NCBI GenBank assembly: GCA_009886945.1
Contig: QXYM01000031.1
Location: forward strand, 12,227-76,226
From: Litorivicinus sp.
Lineage (GTDB): Bacteria; Pseudomonadota; Gammaproteobacteria; Pseudomonadales; Litorivicinaceae
DNA length: 64,000 nucleotides
Direction of reading: 5' to 3'
Positions 46,945-57,717 of this stretch are shown piece after piece; position 1 is the stretch's first letter, and every line of letters begins with the position of its first letter. Both the position numbers and the translations under genes were made by a program. The notes under the pieces are model-generated. The model saw nothing but the letters and a program-made list of their open reading frames with translations. It had not been told where the DNA came from and did no database searches.

Positions 46945-48156
46945 ATGCGTAGAGTAGTCATCACTGGACTGGGAATCACCTCCTGCCTTGGCCTTGATGC
47001 AAAGGCCGTCACTGAGAGCCTTCGACTGGGTCGCTCAGGAATTACTGCCAACCCGACTTATGCAGAACTCGGCATGAGAAGCCAAATTTCCGGCTCCATT
47101 GACTTGGATCTTTCTGAGCATATTGATCGAAAACTCCTCCGGTTTATGGGGAGTGCTGCCGCCTATGCCTACCTGTCATTGCAACAAGCAATCAAAGATT
47201 CAGGCCTTGAGTCATCAGAAGTGAGTCATCCAAGAACTGGTTTGGTGATGGGATCCGGCGGCGCCTCCTCGCAAAGCCAGGTCGAAGCTGCCGATATCCT
47301 GCGAGAACGTGGCGTCAAGCGAGTTGGTCCCTATCGCGTGACTCAAACCATGGGCTCGACAGTGTCTGCAAATCTAGCCACCGCATTTCAAATCAAAGGC
47401 GTGAATTACTCCATGTCGTCAGCCTGCTCCACCAGTTTGCACTGTATGGGTAACGCCATGGAACAGATCCAGCTGGGCAAACAAGATATTGTGTTTGCCG
47501 GTGGCGGTGAAGAAGAACACTGGACGCTGTCGTGTCTGTTTGATGCGATGGGCGCGCTCTCGTCGAAGTACAACGACACGCCTTCACAAGCGTCCCGAGC
47601 TTATGATGCCAATCGTGATGGTTTTGTGATTGCTGGCGGCGGTGGGGCTTTAGTCCTCGAAGAGTACGAACACGCCAAAGCACGTGGTGCAACCATTTAT
47701 GCAGAAATCGTTGGCTATGGGGCAACCAGTGATGGCGCCGACATGGTCGCGCCATCAGGCGAAGGCGCAATTCGCTGCATGCAACTCGCCACCCAGGACG
47801 TCGAGGGCCCTATTGACTACATCAATGCGCATGGGACGTCGACACCTGCCGGTGACATCGTCGAGCTCAATGCCATCAAAACCGTCTTTGGATCCAATGC
47901 GCCAATCATCGGATCAACAAAATCGCTGTCAGGGCATTCATTAGGCGCAGCCGGTGTTCAGGAAGCGATTTACTCCATCTTAATGATGCAAAACGATTTC
48001 ATCGCAGCATCAGCCAACATTGAAACACTCGATCCTGGAGCCGAAGGGATGCCGATTGCGCTTGAACGGATCGACCAACCGCTCAATACCATCCTCTCAA
48101 ATTCATTTGGATTTGGTGGGACCAATGCCTGCATGACATTCCAGAAGCTCAGTTAA
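46945..48156 (+). CDS. fabB: 3-oxoacyl-ACP synthase I
   Basis: It begins [11 protein letters not shown] and carries the active-site Cys (SSACSTS) and the His residues ([17 protein letters not shown]). It lies immediately downstream of fabA. Confidence 0.93.
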   Translation: MRRVVITGLGITSCLGLDAKAVTESLRLGRSGITANPTYAELGMRSQISGSIDLDLSEHIDRKLLRFMGSAAAYAYLSLQQAIKDSGLESSEVSHPRTGLVMGSGGASSQSQVEAADILRERGVKRVGPYRVTQTMGSTVSANLATAFQIKGVNYSMSSACSTSLHCMGNAMEQIQLGKQDIVFAGGGEEEHWTLSCLFDAMGALSSKYNDTPSQASRAYDANRDGFVIAGGGGALVLEEYEHAKARGATIYAEIVGYGATSDGADMVAPSGEGAIRCMQLATQDVEGPIDYINAHGTSTPAGDIVELNAIKTVFGSNAPIIGSTKSLSGHSLGAAGVQEAIYSILMMQNDFIAASANIETLDPGAEGMPIALERIDQPLNTILSNSFGFGGTNACMTFQKLS

Positions 48157-48755
48157 TGCAGCTGTATTCGTCATCACCCTCGCCCTTTGGTCGAAAAGTC
48201 AAAATCACAGCCCATCTCACTGGTCTTTATGAGCAACTGCAGGTGGTCACCATTGACGGCAATGATCCTGAGAGCACTCAGATCAACCCCAATCCACTGC
48301 ATAAGATACCGGCTTTAGCGTTGGAATCAGGGGAGTTGATCGTCGATTCAAAGGTCATCTGTGAATATCTCATCCAAGCCTCCGGGCGGACAGAAATACT
48401 TCCTGACGATCATCGGGTGTATCACCTCAGTCGCGCTGCGATTGCAGACGGAATGACTGAAGCGGCACTCTTGATGGTTTATGAACGACGATTTAGAGAA
48501 CCCTCACAGATCAATACTGACTGGCTGCACCGACAGAACCAGAAGGTCCTTGGCGGGTTACAGTGGTGGACTGACAACATCACCCCAGTGCAGTCAACAC
48601 CGACCCTGGATCAAATCGGCTTGGCTGTTTCACTGGGCTATTTAGATTTTCGGTTCTCAGGCGAATGGAGAACGCGATTTACTGATCTTGCTCTGTGGTT
48701 GACTCAGTTTCAGCAAATGGTTCCTGCGTATCAGCTAACTGATCCTCAGGCTTAG
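48156..48755 (+). CDS. Glutathione S-transferase family protein
   Basis: It has a thioredoxin-like N-terminal domain (LYSSSPSPFGRKVKI...HKIPAL) and a helical C-terminal domain. Its ATG overlaps the fabB TAA (TAATG). Confidence 0.75.
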   Translation: MQLYSSSPSPFGRKVKITAHLTGLYEQLQVVTIDGNDPESTQINPNPLHKIPALALESGELIVDSKVICEYLIQASGRTEILPDDHRVYHLSRAAIADGMTEAALLMVYERRFREPSQINTDWLHRQNQKVLGGLQWWTDNITPVQSTPTLDQIGLAVSLGYLDFRFSGEWRTRFTDLALWLTQFQQMVPAYQLTDPQA

Positions 48756-48864
48756 CGAGTAACATTTTTTCACGAAGACTTTGTTGTCTTCTGAGAATGG
48801 TCTTTCGCTTTTTCAACCGATGCATCCGTTGACGAATCACAGAGCTTGAGTCAAACCGCCGCAT
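48679..48864 (-). CDS. Candidate small protein (61 aa; basic N-terminus, acidic C-terminus)
   Basis: The ATG at 48864 has AAGGA ending 7 nt upstream. The ORF overlaps the stop of the upstream RmlD-like gene and covers the whole 95-nt gap, but its last 77 nt are antisense to the GST 3' end. I recognise no homology. Confidence 0.25.
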   Translation of the reverse strand: MRRFDSSSVIRQRMHRLKKRKTILRRQQSLREKMLLAKPEDQLADTQEPFAETESTTEQDQ

Positions 48865-49753
48865 AAGAGGTTCCTTCTGTTGCGTAGTGCCGTTCTACGG
48901 TGTCTGCCAACTCTTGCCTCCATGGCCTTGGCTTGATGCCAAAGGTATACAACAGCTTTCGCGTCGATAACACCAGACGCCGTGGTCGTTCTGCACGCCC
49001 TTGAATGGACTGACCTGAAATTCCCAGAATTTCCTCAACAGCCAAGTCTTCAAATTGCCGAGCCTGCGCAATGATGCATTCGCCAAGCTCGAGCCATGAG
49101 GCATCGCCCTGACAACCAACGTGATACACACCGTAAGCTCCAGCACCTGCGTGTAATTGATCAATCACCGCGGAAATCACACGACCGACATCAAACACTG
49201 ATGTTGGACAGCCGCGTTCGTCTTGAATCATCGGTAACTCAGATTCAATACGCGCACGATCTAAGAGACTAGCCACAAAGCTATTTGGTCCCGGTGCAAA
49301 TAAATGAGACACCCGCAAGATCACTCGGCGATCCAGAAGGCTTTCGATATCGCGTTCTGCTTCAAGGCGTGTTTGACCGTATAGGTTCAACGGATTCGGC
49401 GCATCATCCTCGAAGTAGGCGATGTCCTTATGACCATCAAAAATGTAGTCCGTCGACAACTGCACCAGGGTCGCATCAAACTCTCGACATGCAATGGCTA
49501 GACTGACGGGCAAATCATGATTGATCTGACGGCATTCGGTCGGATCTAATTCGGCCCGGTCGACCCCAGATTCCACCATACAGTTGACCACGAAATCGGG
49601 CCGACGCATCCGAATGGACTCAAAAATCTCACGATCATCTGCCAAGTTGACAGAACTCGGTAATGCGATCCGCTGTTGACCACCACTTGACTCCGCTTCA
49701 AAAAATGCCGCCGCTAAACTGGTCTCTCCACCAACGACGAGCACGCGAGCCAT
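48851..49753 (-). CDS. RmlD-like (dTDP-4-dehydrorhamnose reductase fold) protein with degenerate motifs
   Basis: STDYIFDG and YGQTRLEAE match the RmlD blocks STDYVF.G and YG.TK..GE. I chose the ATG at 49753 (MARVLVVGG), because the longer ORF would overlap ssb. Confidence 0.7.
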   Translation of the reverse strand: MARVLVVGGETSLAAAFFEAESSGGQQRIALPSSVNLADDREIFESIRMRRPDFVVNCMVESGVDRAELDPTECRQINHDLPVSLAIACREFDATLVQLSTDYIFDGHKDIAYFEDDAPNPLNLYGQTRLEAERDIESLLDRRVILRVSHLFAPGPNSFVASLLDRARIESELPMIQDERGCPTSVFDVGRVISAVIDQLHAGAGAYGVYHVGCQGDASWLELGECIIAQARQFEDLAVEEILGISGQSIQGRAERPRRLVLSTRKLLYTFGIKPRPWRQELADTVERHYATEGTSYAAV

Positions 49754-49793
49754 TGGAAATCGGTGATCTGACTCGTCCTCGAAGCTCGCTGGC

Positions 49794-50264
49794 TTAGAAG
49801 GGGATTTCGTCATCGATATTCGGATCAGGCATCGGCTGACTGACGGGCTGAGGAGCCGCCTGTTGTTGCGGGGCAGAAGTCGTTTGTGGACGGGATTGCA
49901 TGGGCGATGGTGCACTCATGTCACCTTCTCCACGGCCGTCGAGCATCATCATTTCACGACCGACGATCTCTGTCGCATAGCGCTTCTGCCCGTCTTGCTC
50001 CCAAGATCGAGTTCTCAAGCTACCTTCGATATAAATCCGTGAGCCCTTGCGAAGATATTGACCACAAATCTCGGCAAGACGATCAAAACACACCACCCGA
50101 TGCCATTCAGTTCGCTCTTGCATTTCGCCACTGGTCCGATCGCGCCATGAATCTGTCGTCGCAATACTTAAGTTCGCAACCTGACTACCAGACGGCAGTG
50201 CTTTCATTTCCGGATCGTTACCAAGATTTCCAATCAAGGTGACTTTGTTGACTGAACGGGCCAT
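49794..50264 (-). CDS. ssb: Single-stranded DNA-binding protein
   Basis: It has the OB fold sequence [19 protein letters not shown]...TEWHRVV, a Gly/Pro/Gln-rich linker and an acidic tail DDEIPF. Confidence 0.96.
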   Translation of the reverse strand: MARSVNKVTLIGNLGNDPEMKALPSGSQVANLSIATTDSWRDRTSGEMQERTEWHRVVCFDRLAEICGQYLRKGSRIYIEGSLRTRSWEQDGQKRYATEIVGREMMMLDGRGEGDMSAPSPMQSRPQTTSAPQQQAAPQPVSQPMPDPNIDDEIPF

Positions 50265-50440
50265 GAATTCATCCTATGTGAGCAATACTTCAAATACAGC
50301 GTAATGTAGCACGGACAAGCCAGTGTCAGCGACAATCGCCGAGGCTTGTCTGACAGTTCTGAATTTCTGCATTGAATCCATGCATAAAAACCCAATCAAC
50401 AGGTACACTGGTACTTTTGTCATTATCAATACGGATCGCT

Positions 50441-53275
50441 GTGGACTCAATACAAATCCGTGGGGCACGCACCCACAATCTGAAGAATATTCATCTTGAT
50501 CTGCCACGCGACCAACTGATTGTGATCACCGGATTATCAGGCTCCGGCAAGTCCTCATTGGCTTTCGACACCCTGTACGCGGAAGGTCAACGTCGCTACG
50601 TTGAGTCATTATCTGCCTATGCGCGGCAATTTCTTTCAATGATGGAAAAGCCCGATGTTGACCATATCGAGGGCCTGTCGCCTGCGATCTCGATCGAGCA
50701 AAAATCCACCAGTCATAATCCGCGATCGACCGTCGGGACAATCACCGAAATTTATGACTATTTGCGTCTACTCTACGCGCGCGCCGGCGAACCGCGATGC
50801 CCGGACCACAACTTAAGCCTCGAAGCTCAAACAGTCAGCCAAATGGTTGACCAAGTGCTGGCTTTACCCGAAGGATCGAAAATCCTGGTGCTCGCGCCGA
50901 TGATCAGCGAGCGGAAAGGTGAGCATCTCCACGTTTTTCAGGAGCTCAAATCGCAGGGGTTCATTCGTGTTCGTGTCGATGGATTGGTGATTGATTTAGA
51001 CGAAGCCCCACAGCTCGATAAAAAGAAAAAACACTCGATCGATGCCGTCGTGGATCGATTAAAAGTCGATGATTCGCAACGCCTTCGCCTCGCTGAATCG
51101 ATTGAAACAGGACTCAACCTCTCGGATGGCCAAATCATCATTCAGTCGATGGACGATGCCTTTCAGCCACTGATGTTCTCATCCAAATTCGCCTGCTCTC
51201 ACTGCGGGTACTCAATCGCTGAGCTTGAACCAAGAATCTTTTCGTTCAATAGCCCGTTTGGGGCATGTCAGACCTGCGACGGCTTAGGTGTTCATCAATT
51301 TTTTGATCCCGATCGACTGATTGTCGACCTGGAACTGTCACTGTCGTCCGGAGCCATTAAAGGCTGGGATCGTCGGAGCATGTATTACTACCACCTCCTG
51401 AAGTGTGTAGCGCGTCATTACGGATTCAGTATTGATACCGAATGGCAGGATCTGTCCGAAGAGCATCAACATAAGATTTTATACGGATCGGGTTCCGAGT
51501 CGATCGACTTCAGCTATGTCTCGGACCGCGGCCGGGAAGTGACTAAAAATCATCCGTTTGAAGGCGTGATTCGTAATCTCGAACGCCGCTATAAAGAGAC
51601 AGATAGCCAGTCGCAACGCGACGATCTTTCAAAATTGATGACTCACGCACCCTGTCCAGATTGCGGAGGCTCCCGACTCAACGTGGCAGCCCGCAACGTG
51701 TTTATTGGTGAGACTCGGCTGCCAGAATTGGTCAAATTGCCAATCGGCGAATGCTTCGCATTCTTCGATGCGTTAAATCTTCCAGGGCGACGACAAGAAA
51801 TCGCCGACAAGATTTTAAAAGAGATCCAAGCTCGGCTTGGCTTCTTAGTCAACGTCGGTCTTGATTACCTGTCTTTGGATCGAAGCGCTGAGACCCTATC
51901 CGGCGGGGAAGCCCAACGTATCCGACTCGCCAGTCAGATCGGGGCAGGTCTGGTCGGTGTGATGTACATCTTGGATGAGCCGTCCATCGGTCTGCATCAA
52001 CGAGATAACGAACGTTTGCTCAACACTCTCTTCCACCTCAGGGATCTCGGGAACACCGTCATCGTCGTCGAACACGACGAAGACGCGATGCGGAGTGCCG
52101 ATTATCTGGTCGATATCGGACCGGGCGCTGGAGTGCATGGCGGTCAGATTGTGGCCTGCGGAACCCCGAAGGAAGTGATGGACAATGAACAATCGGTCAC
52201 CGGCCTCTATCTGTCAGGTAAGAAAGCGATCGCAATTCCCGACAGCCGCACACCGCGTGGAGATCATCAACTGGTCTTGGAAGGCTGTACTGGAAACAAT
52301 CTACAAAATGTCAGTTTAAACCTGCCGTTGGGGCTTTTAACCTGTGTTACTGGTGTCTCAGGATCCGGCAAGTCCACGTTGATTAACCGAACCCTCTATC
52401 CGCATACCGCCAAAGTCCTCAATAAAGCCACAACACTGAAGTCGGCTCCGTTTGAGCACTGTCATGGAATTCATGAACTGGATAAAGTGGTCGATATTGA
52501 CCAGAGTCCAATCGGTCGGACACCGCGCTCCAACCCGGCAACCTACACCGGTCTCTTCACGCCAATCCGTGAAATTTTCGCAGAAACCCAGGAAGCTCGG
52601 TCACGCGGATATTCCCCAGGACGTTTCTCTTTCAACGTCAAAGGGGGGCGCTGTGAGACCTGCCAGGGTGATGGCATGATTAAAGTCGAAATGCATTTCT
52701 TGCCAGATATTTATGTTCCCTGTGATACCTGCAAAGGGCTTCGATACAATCGCGAAACGTTGGATATTCTCTACAAAGGAAAATCGATTCATGACGTTTT
52801 AGCCATGACCGTCGAGGACGCGCGAGCGTTCTTCGATGCGATTCCAACACTGGCGCGAAAGCTTCAGACACTCGTTGACGTTGGACTGTCTTATTTAAAG
52901 CTCGGACAATCCGCGACCACTCTGTCCGGTGGTGAAGCACAACGAGTCAAGCTCGCTCGAGAATTGTCCAAGCGTGATACCGGAAGGACACTCTATATTC
53001 TTGATGAACCCACGACAGGATTACACTTCGAAGATATTCAGCAGTTGCTCACTGTACTGCATCGGCTGAGAGATCATGGCAACACAGTCGTGGTGATCGA
53101 GCACAATCTTGACGTCATTAAGACGGCAGATTGGGTGATTGACCTAGGCCCTGAAGGTGGGTCTGGTGGCGGACAAATCATCGCCGAGGGGACGCCTGAG
53201 GACGTCGCTCAGCTCGCTCACTCCCACACAGGCCGATTCCTCAAACCACTGCTCGAACGCAAAAAGGGCGCCTAA
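50441..53275 (+). CDS. uvrA: Excinuclease ABC subunit A
   Basis: The sequence [39 protein letters not shown], two ABC modules and the zinc-finger Cys clusters are present. The GTG at 50441 matches the E. coli N-terminus. The ATG at 50372 would add 23 non-homologous residues. Confidence 0.95.
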   Translation: MDSIQIRGARTHNLKNIHLDLPRDQLIVITGLSGSGKSSLAFDTLYAEGQRRYVESLSAYARQFLSMMEKPDVDHIEGLSPAISIEQKSTSHNPRSTVGTITEIYDYLRLLYARAGEPRCPDHNLSLEAQTVSQMVDQVLALPEGSKILVLAPMISERKGEHLHVFQELKSQGFIRVRVDGLVIDLDEAPQLDKKKKHSIDAVVDRLKVDDSQRLRLAESIETGLNLSDGQIIIQSMDDAFQPLMFSSKFACSHCGYSIAELEPRIFSFNSPFGACQTCDGLGVHQFFDPDRLIVDLELSLSSGAIKGWDRRSMYYYHLLKCVARHYGFSIDTEWQDLSEEHQHKILYGSGSESIDFSYVSDRGREVTKNHPFEGVIRNLERRYKETDSQSQRDDLSKLMTHAPCPDCGGSRLNVAARNVFIGETRLPELVKLPIGECFAFFDALNLPGRRQEIADKILKEIQARLGFLVNVGLDYLSLDRSAETLSGGEAQRIRLASQIGAGLVGVMYILDEPSIGLHQRDNERLLNTLFHLRDLGNTVIVVEHDEDAMRSADYLVDIGPGAGVHGGQIVACGTPKEVMDNEQSVTGLYLSGKKAIAIPDSRTPRGDHQLVLEGCTGNNLQNVSLNLPLGLLTCVTGVSGSGKSTLINRTLYPHTAKVLNKATTLKSAPFEHCHGIHELDKVVDIDQSPIGRTPRSNPATYTGLFTPIREIFAETQEARSRGYSPGRFSFNVKGGRCETCQGDGMIKVEMHFLPDIYVPCDTCKGLRYNRETLDILYKGKSIHDVLAMTVEDARAFFDAIPTLARKLQTLVDVGLSYLKLGQSATTLSGGEAQRVKLARELSKRDTGRTLYILDEPTTGLHFEDIQQLLTVLHRLRDHGNTVVVIEHNLDVIKTADWVIDLGPEGGSGGGQIIAEGTPEDVAQLAHSHTGRFLKPLLERKKGA

Positions 53276-53287
53276 GCGCCCTTTTTC
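53261..53287. terminator. Bidirectional Rho-independent terminator shared by convergent uvrA and rplQ
   Basis: The sequence is AAAAA-GGGCGC-CTAA-GCGCCC-TTTTT. The uvrA stop codon TAA (53273-53275) lies in the loop. Confidence 0.7.
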
Positions 53288-53327
53288 GTCCAGAAGTCGG
53301 CTTTCGCCGATCTCAAGGAGGTAGTCT

Positions 53328-53708
53328 TTACTCTGCCTCAGCAGCGATCTCTGGACGATCAACCAACTCAACAATCGCCATGGGTGCTGCATCACCGGCA
53401 CGGAAGCCAGATTTCAGAATGCGCAAGTACCCACCTGGGCGAGCTTGATAGCGTGGCCCCAACTCAGCAAATAGCTTACCGACAGCCGAATCACTCCGAA
53501 GGCGGCTAAACGCCAATCGACGATTCGCGACTGAATCATTCTTCGCCAATGTAATTAAAGGCTCAGCTACACGGCGTAATTCTTTCGCTTTCGGCAAAGT
53601 CGTCTTAATGACTTCATGCTCAATCAACGAGGCGGTCATGTTAGAAAACATGGCCTTCCGATGACTGCTAGTCCGATTCAGTTTCTTTCCGCTTTTCAAA
53701 TGACGCAT
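53328..53708 (-). CDS. rplQ: 50S ribosomal protein L17
   Basis: The sequence [24 protein letters not shown] identifies L17. Confidence 0.97.
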   Translation of the reverse strand: MRHLKSGKKLNRTSSHRKAMFSNMTASLIEHEVIKTTLPKAKELRRVAEPLITLAKNDSVANRRLAFSRLRSDSAVGKLFAELGPRYQARPGGYLRILKSGFRAGDAAPMAIVELVDRPEIAAEAE

Positions 53709-53758
53709 GGTCTATTCTCGCTTCTCAAAGACACCGTCTCACGACGGGTCGGTCTAAC

Positions 53759-54748
53759 TTAGGCGCTTTCTTCGCGCGCAAATCCTGCTGGTGGCCAATT
53801 TTCAAGACGTGAACCCAGCGACAAGCCGCGTGATGCTAAAACGTCTTTGATTTCGGTCAACGACTTCTTACCGAGGTTCGGAGTCTTCAACAACTCAACC
53901 TCGGTCCGCTGCACCAGGTCACCGATGTAGTAAATGTTTTCTGCTTTCAAACAATTCGCAGAACGAACTGTCAGCTCAAGATCATCAACTGGACGCAACA
54001 AAATTGGATCAATTTCATCTTTCTGAGTTTCTTCAGCTGCTACCTGAGGACCTTCGAACTCAACAAATACCGACAACTGCTGCTGAAGCAGGGTCGCTGC
54101 ACGGCGGATCGCTTCTTCAGCGTCCAAGGTGCCGTCAGTTTCAAGATCGATCACCAACTTATCAAGGTCAGTGCGTTGTTCAACTCGAGCGCTCTCGACC
54201 ACGTAGGACACGCGACGCACAGGGCTGTAGGTTGCATCCAAACGCAACGCGCCAATTGTCCGCATCTCTTCGTCTTCTTCACGCTCACTCGCAGGCTCAT
54301 ACCCAATGCCTCGAGCAACCAACGCTTCAATCTGCAACGAACCGCGAGCCGCGACTGTAGCGATGTGCTGCTCTGGATTCGCAACTTCGACGTTTTGAGG
54401 TAATTCAAAATCTGCCGCAGTCACCACGCCTTCGCCCGAGTGGTTCAAGCGAATCGTCGCAATCCCATCACGGCCTTCCAAGGACACCGCGACTTTCTTG
54501 AGGTTCAACAGAATTTCGATGACATCTTCTTTCACGCCTTCGATTTCAGAATACTCGTGCGCAACGCCGTCGATTTTCGCTTCAATAATCGCGCAACCTG
54601 GCATCGATGAGAGCAGGATCCGACGCAACGCGTTACCCAATGTGTGGCCGTAACCGCGCTCAAGAGGCTCAAGAATAATTTTTGAGCGTCCGGGAGCTAC
54701 CTCCTGGACCTGAATCTGACGTGGTGTCAGCAGTTCCAATGACGACAT
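53759..54748 (-). CDS. rpoA: DNA-directed RNA polymerase subunit alpha
   Basis: The sequence [23 protein letters not shown] and the C-terminal domain sequence [18 protein letters not shown] are present. The ATG at 54748 has GGAGA 5 nt upstream. The ORF track start at 54763 is a TTG. Confidence 0.97.
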   Translation of the reverse strand: MSSLELLTPRQIQVQEVAPGRSKIILEPLERGYGHTLGNALRRILLSSMPGCAIIEAKIDGVAHEYSEIEGVKEDVIEILLNLKKVAVSLEGRDGIATIRLNHSGEGVVTAADFELPQNVEVANPEQHIATVAARGSLQIEALVARGIGYEPASEREEDEEMRTIGALRLDATYSPVRRVSYVVESARVEQRTDLDKLVIDLETDGTLDAEEAIRRAATLLQQQLSVFVEFEGPQVAAEETQKDEIDPILLRPVDDLELTVRSANCLKAENIYYIGDLVQRTEVELLKTPNLGKKSLTEIKDVLASRGLSLGSRLENWPPAGFAREESA

Positions 54749-54769
54749 ACCGTCTCCTAACAATGTGGT

Positions 54770-55390
54770 TTACTTCGAGTACAACTCGACGATCAGGTTT
54801 TCGTTGATGTCTTGTGACAGATCTTGACGCTCTGGAAGTGTCTTGAACGTACCTTCCATCTTTGATGAATCAACATCCATCCAAGGCACATCTGCACGCT
54901 GACCAGCCAGCTCAAGCGCAGCGCGAATTCGCAACTGACCTTTCGCCTTCTCACGAACGCTGATCACATCACCCGGCTTCACCTGATAAGACGGGATATT
55001 CAAAACTTTGCCATTCACCATAATGGACCGATGACCGACGACTTGGCGGGCTTCCGCACGAGTCGAGCCAAAACCCATTCGATAAACAACGTTATCCAAG
55101 CGGCTTTCCAACAGCTTCAAGAGGTTTTCACCCGTTGAACCACGGAGGCGCGATGCTTCTTTGTAATAGTTACGGAATTGCTTTTCGAGCACGCCATAAA
55201 TACGACGCACCTTCTGCTTCTCACGTAACTGCAATCCGTAGTCAGACAGACGACCACGTGCTGCACCGTGCATTCCTGGACGTGTTTCCAAGTTGCACTT
55301 TGTATCCATTGAACGGACGCCGCTCTTAAGGAACAGGTCTGTTCCTTCACGACGTGCTAATTTACAAGTTGGTCCGATGTAACGTGCCAT
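54770..55390 (-). CDS. rpsD: 30S ribosomal protein S4
   Basis: The sequence [23 protein letters not shown] identifies S4. Confidence 0.97.
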   Translation of the reverse strand: MARYIGPTCKLARREGTDLFLKSGVRSMDTKCNLETRPGMHGAARGRLSDYGLQLREKQKVRRIYGVLEKQFRNYYKEASRLRGSTGENLLKLLESRLDNVVYRMGFGSTRAEARQVVGHRSIMVNGKVLNIPSYQVKPGDVISVREKAKGQLRIRAALELAGQRADVPWMDVDSSKMEGTFKTLPERQDLSQDINENLIVELYSK

Positions 55391-55404
55391 TCCTCTAATT
55401 CTCC

Positions 55405-55794
55405 TTAGACGCGGCGCTTTTTCGGCGGACGGCAGCCGTTATGCGGGATCGGCGTGACGTCAGTGATATTTGTAACCTTAAGGCCCACAGCATTCAGAGC
55501 ACGAACTGCACTCTCACGTCCAGGTCCAGGCCCCTTCACCATGACATCCACAGATTTCAAACCAAACTCCTGTGCCGCTGTTGCTGCACGCTCACTCGCT
55601 ACCTGTGCGGCGAATGGTGTGGATTTACGTGAACCACGGAAGCCCGACCCGCCGGCTGTCGCCCATGACAGAGCGTTACCTTGCCGATCGGTGATCGTGA
55701 TAATGGTGTTATTGAAGGACGCGTGAATGTGAACCACACCCTCCGCAACCTGCTTTTTGACCTTCTTACGCGATGCGCTACGCTGTGTCGCCAT
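55405..55794 (-). CDS. rpsK: 30S ribosomal protein S11
   Basis: The sequences [22 protein letters not shown] and [14 protein letters not shown] identify S11. Confidence 0.97.
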   Translation of the reverse strand: MATQRSASRKKVKKQVAEGVVHIHASFNNTIITITDRQGNALSWATAGGSGFRGSRKSTPFAAQVASERAATAAQEFGLKSVDVMVKGPGPGRESAVRALNAVGLKVTNITDVTPIPHNGCRPPKKRRV

Positions 55795-55803
55795 CAGAAT
55801 TCC

Positions 55804-56160
55804 TTACTTACGAATCGGCTTACGTGGGCCCTTGCGGGTCCGCGCGTTTGTCTTAGTACGCTGTCCACGAACTGGCAGACTGCGACGATGACGAATACCA
55901 CGGAAACAACCGAGATCCATCAGACGCTTAATATTCATTGACACTTCACGACGAAGGTCACCTTCTACGTCAAACTTGCCAACCTCTGTACGAAGCATTT
56001 CCAGCTGATCTTCAGACAACGAAGACACTTTGGCAGACTCTTCGATGCCAGTTGCTTTACAGATCGCTTTCGCGCGAGTTTGACCAATCCCAAAAACATA
56101 CTGCAGTGAAATCACTGTGTGCTTGTTATCTGGGATGTTAACGCCGGCAATACGTGCCAT
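55804..56160 (-). CDS. rpsM: 30S ribosomal protein S13
   Basis: The sequence [26 protein letters not shown] identifies S13. Confidence 0.97.
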   Translation of the reverse strand: MARIAGVNIPDNKHTVISLQYVFGIGQTRAKAICKATGIEESAKVSSLSEDQLEMLRTEVGKFDVEGDLRREVSMNIKRLMDLGCFRGIRHRRSLPVRGQRTKTNARTRKGPRKPIRK

Positions 56161-56249
56161 TCCTAACTCTCCAAATTCATGAACCGGCCCCGCCGACTCT
56201 CGAAAATTACAAGGCGCGAAATTCTATTGATTCCAACAGAAAATCTCAA
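56161..56249 (-). promoter_or_regulatory. Alpha-operon promoter (TTGAGA-17-TAGAAT) and rpsM leader (expected S4 translational operator region)
   Basis: On the minus strand, TTGAGA lies at 56244-56249, followed by a 17-nt spacer and TAGAAT at 56221-56226. A leader of about 55 nt runs down to the rpsM ATG at 56160. Confidence 0.5.
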
Positions 56250-56262
56250 CCCTTTTCTTTAT

Positions 56263-56376
56263 TTAACCTTGACGCTGCTTGTGACGAGGATCCGTACAGA
56301 TCACACGTACTGCACCGTTACGACGAATAATTCGACAGTTCCGGCAAATCTTTTTTACTGATGCGCGTACTTTCAT
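56263..56376 (-). CDS. rpmJ: 50S ribosomal protein L36
   Basis: I translated this by hand as [37 protein letters not shown] (37 aa, Zn-ribbon type). It is too short for the ORF track. It lies between secY and rpsM, as expected. Confidence 0.95.
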   Translation of the reverse strand: MKVRASVKKICRNCRIIRRNGAVRVICTDPRHKQRQG

Positions 56377-56397
56377 TTCAAAGCTCCCAATGCCCGT

Positions 56398-57717
56398 TTA
56401 GCGTAAAAGGCCGCCCGAGCCATACCCTTTCAAATTCGATTTCTTCATCAAGGATTCGTACTGACGACTCATGAGGTGCGACTGCACCTGCGACATGAAA
56501 TCCATGACCACAACAACAACGATCAACAGTGACGTACCACCGAAGTAAAACGGTGCATTGAAGCTGACCACCAAGCTCTGTGGGAGCAAGGAGACGGCTG
56601 CAATATAGGCAGCACCCCAAAACGTCAAACGACTCATCACTTTGTCGATATAGTTTGCTGACTGTTCACCCGGACGAATCCCTGGGATGAACGCACCAGA
56701 CTTTTTCAGGTTGTCTGCCACGTCGCGCGGATTGAAGACCAACGCCGTGTAGAAGTAGCAGAAAAACACAATGCCCACTGTAAATAGCAGATAGTACAGA
56801 GGCTGACCTGGACCGAGCGCAAGACTCACATCCTGCAACCATTCCATCCCTTCGCCTTGACCGAACCACTGGCCGATCGACGCAGGGAACAACAACAGGC
56901 TCGACGCAAAGATCGGTGGGATCACACCCGCCATATTGATCTTTAACGGCAAATGCGACTGTTGGGCCGCAAACACTTTATTCCCTTGCTGTCGACGTGC
57001 GTAATTCACCGTAATGCGACGTTGTGCACGTTCCATGAAAACGACAAACGCCACTACCCCGACCGCAATAATGGCAATCGCCAATAACCCAAGGATATTC
57101 AGATCCCCTTGGCGCGCAGCCTCAGCTGACTGCCCGATCGCGCCGGGAAGACCGGCGACAATACCGGCAAAGATCAGCAGACTGATGCCGTTACCGATCC
57201 CTTTTTCCGTGACCTGTTCACCAAGCCACATCAGAAAGACCGATCCTGAGACAAAGGTGATCACCGCCACAAAATGGAAGTGGAAATCGGACGCAAACGC
57301 GACACCTTGACCTGCAAGACCCATGGCGACACCGATCGACTGTACCGTCGCCAGAAACACCGTTCCGTACCGAGTGTATTGCGTAATCTTTCGACGCCCG
57401 GCCTCACCCTCTTTCTTCAACGCTTCAAGCGATGGGACAACAGCGGTTAAAAGCTGCATCACAATCGATGCTGAGATGTAAGGCATGATTCCAAGCGCGA
57501 GGATCGACATCCGCTCCAACGCACCGCCAGAGAACATGTTGAATAGGCTAAGAATGGTTCCTTGGCTCTGCTCAAACAGGTCTGCCAGCCGATCAGGATT
57601 AATTCCTGGGACCGGAATGTGTGCACCGATTCGGTACACCACAACCGCGATCACAACGAAGCGAAGCCGAGCCCAAAGCTCTGTCAATCCGCCTCCTGAT
57701 GCACCTGGAGTCGCCAT
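56398..57717 (-). CDS. secY: Preprotein translocase subunit SecY
   Basis: The 439-aa, 10-TM protein contains [16 protein letters not shown]. Confidence 0.97.
   Translation of the reverse strand: MATPGASGGGLTELWARLRFVVIAVVVYRIGAHIPVPGINPDRLADLFEQSQGTILSLFNMFSGGALERMSILALGIMPYISASIVMQLLTAVVPSLEALKKEGEAGRRKITQYTRYGTVFLATVQSIGVAMGLAGQGVAFASDFHFHFVAVITFVSGSVFLMWLGEQVTEKGIGNGISLLIFAGIVAGLPGAIGQSAEAARQGDLNILGLLAIAIIAVGVVAFVVFMERAQRRITVNYARRQQGNKVFAAQQSHLPLKINMAGVIPPIFASSLLLFPASIGQWFGQGEGMEWLQDVSLALGPGQPLYYLLFTVGIVFFCYFYTALVFNPRDVADNLKKSGAFIPGIRPGEQSANYIDKVMSRLTFWGAAYIAAVSLLPQSLVVSFNAPFYFGGTSLLIVVVVVMDFMSQVQSHLMSRQYESLMKKSNLKGYGSGGLLR

Noticed and set aside
50408-50423. CTGGTACTTTTGTCAT as a LexA box for uvrA.
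   Set aside because: It matches only CTG-N10-CAT and about half of the 20-nt E. coli consensus. That is not enough to call a site without a genome-specific matrix. I report it only as the best near-match in the finding on the ssb-uvrA region.
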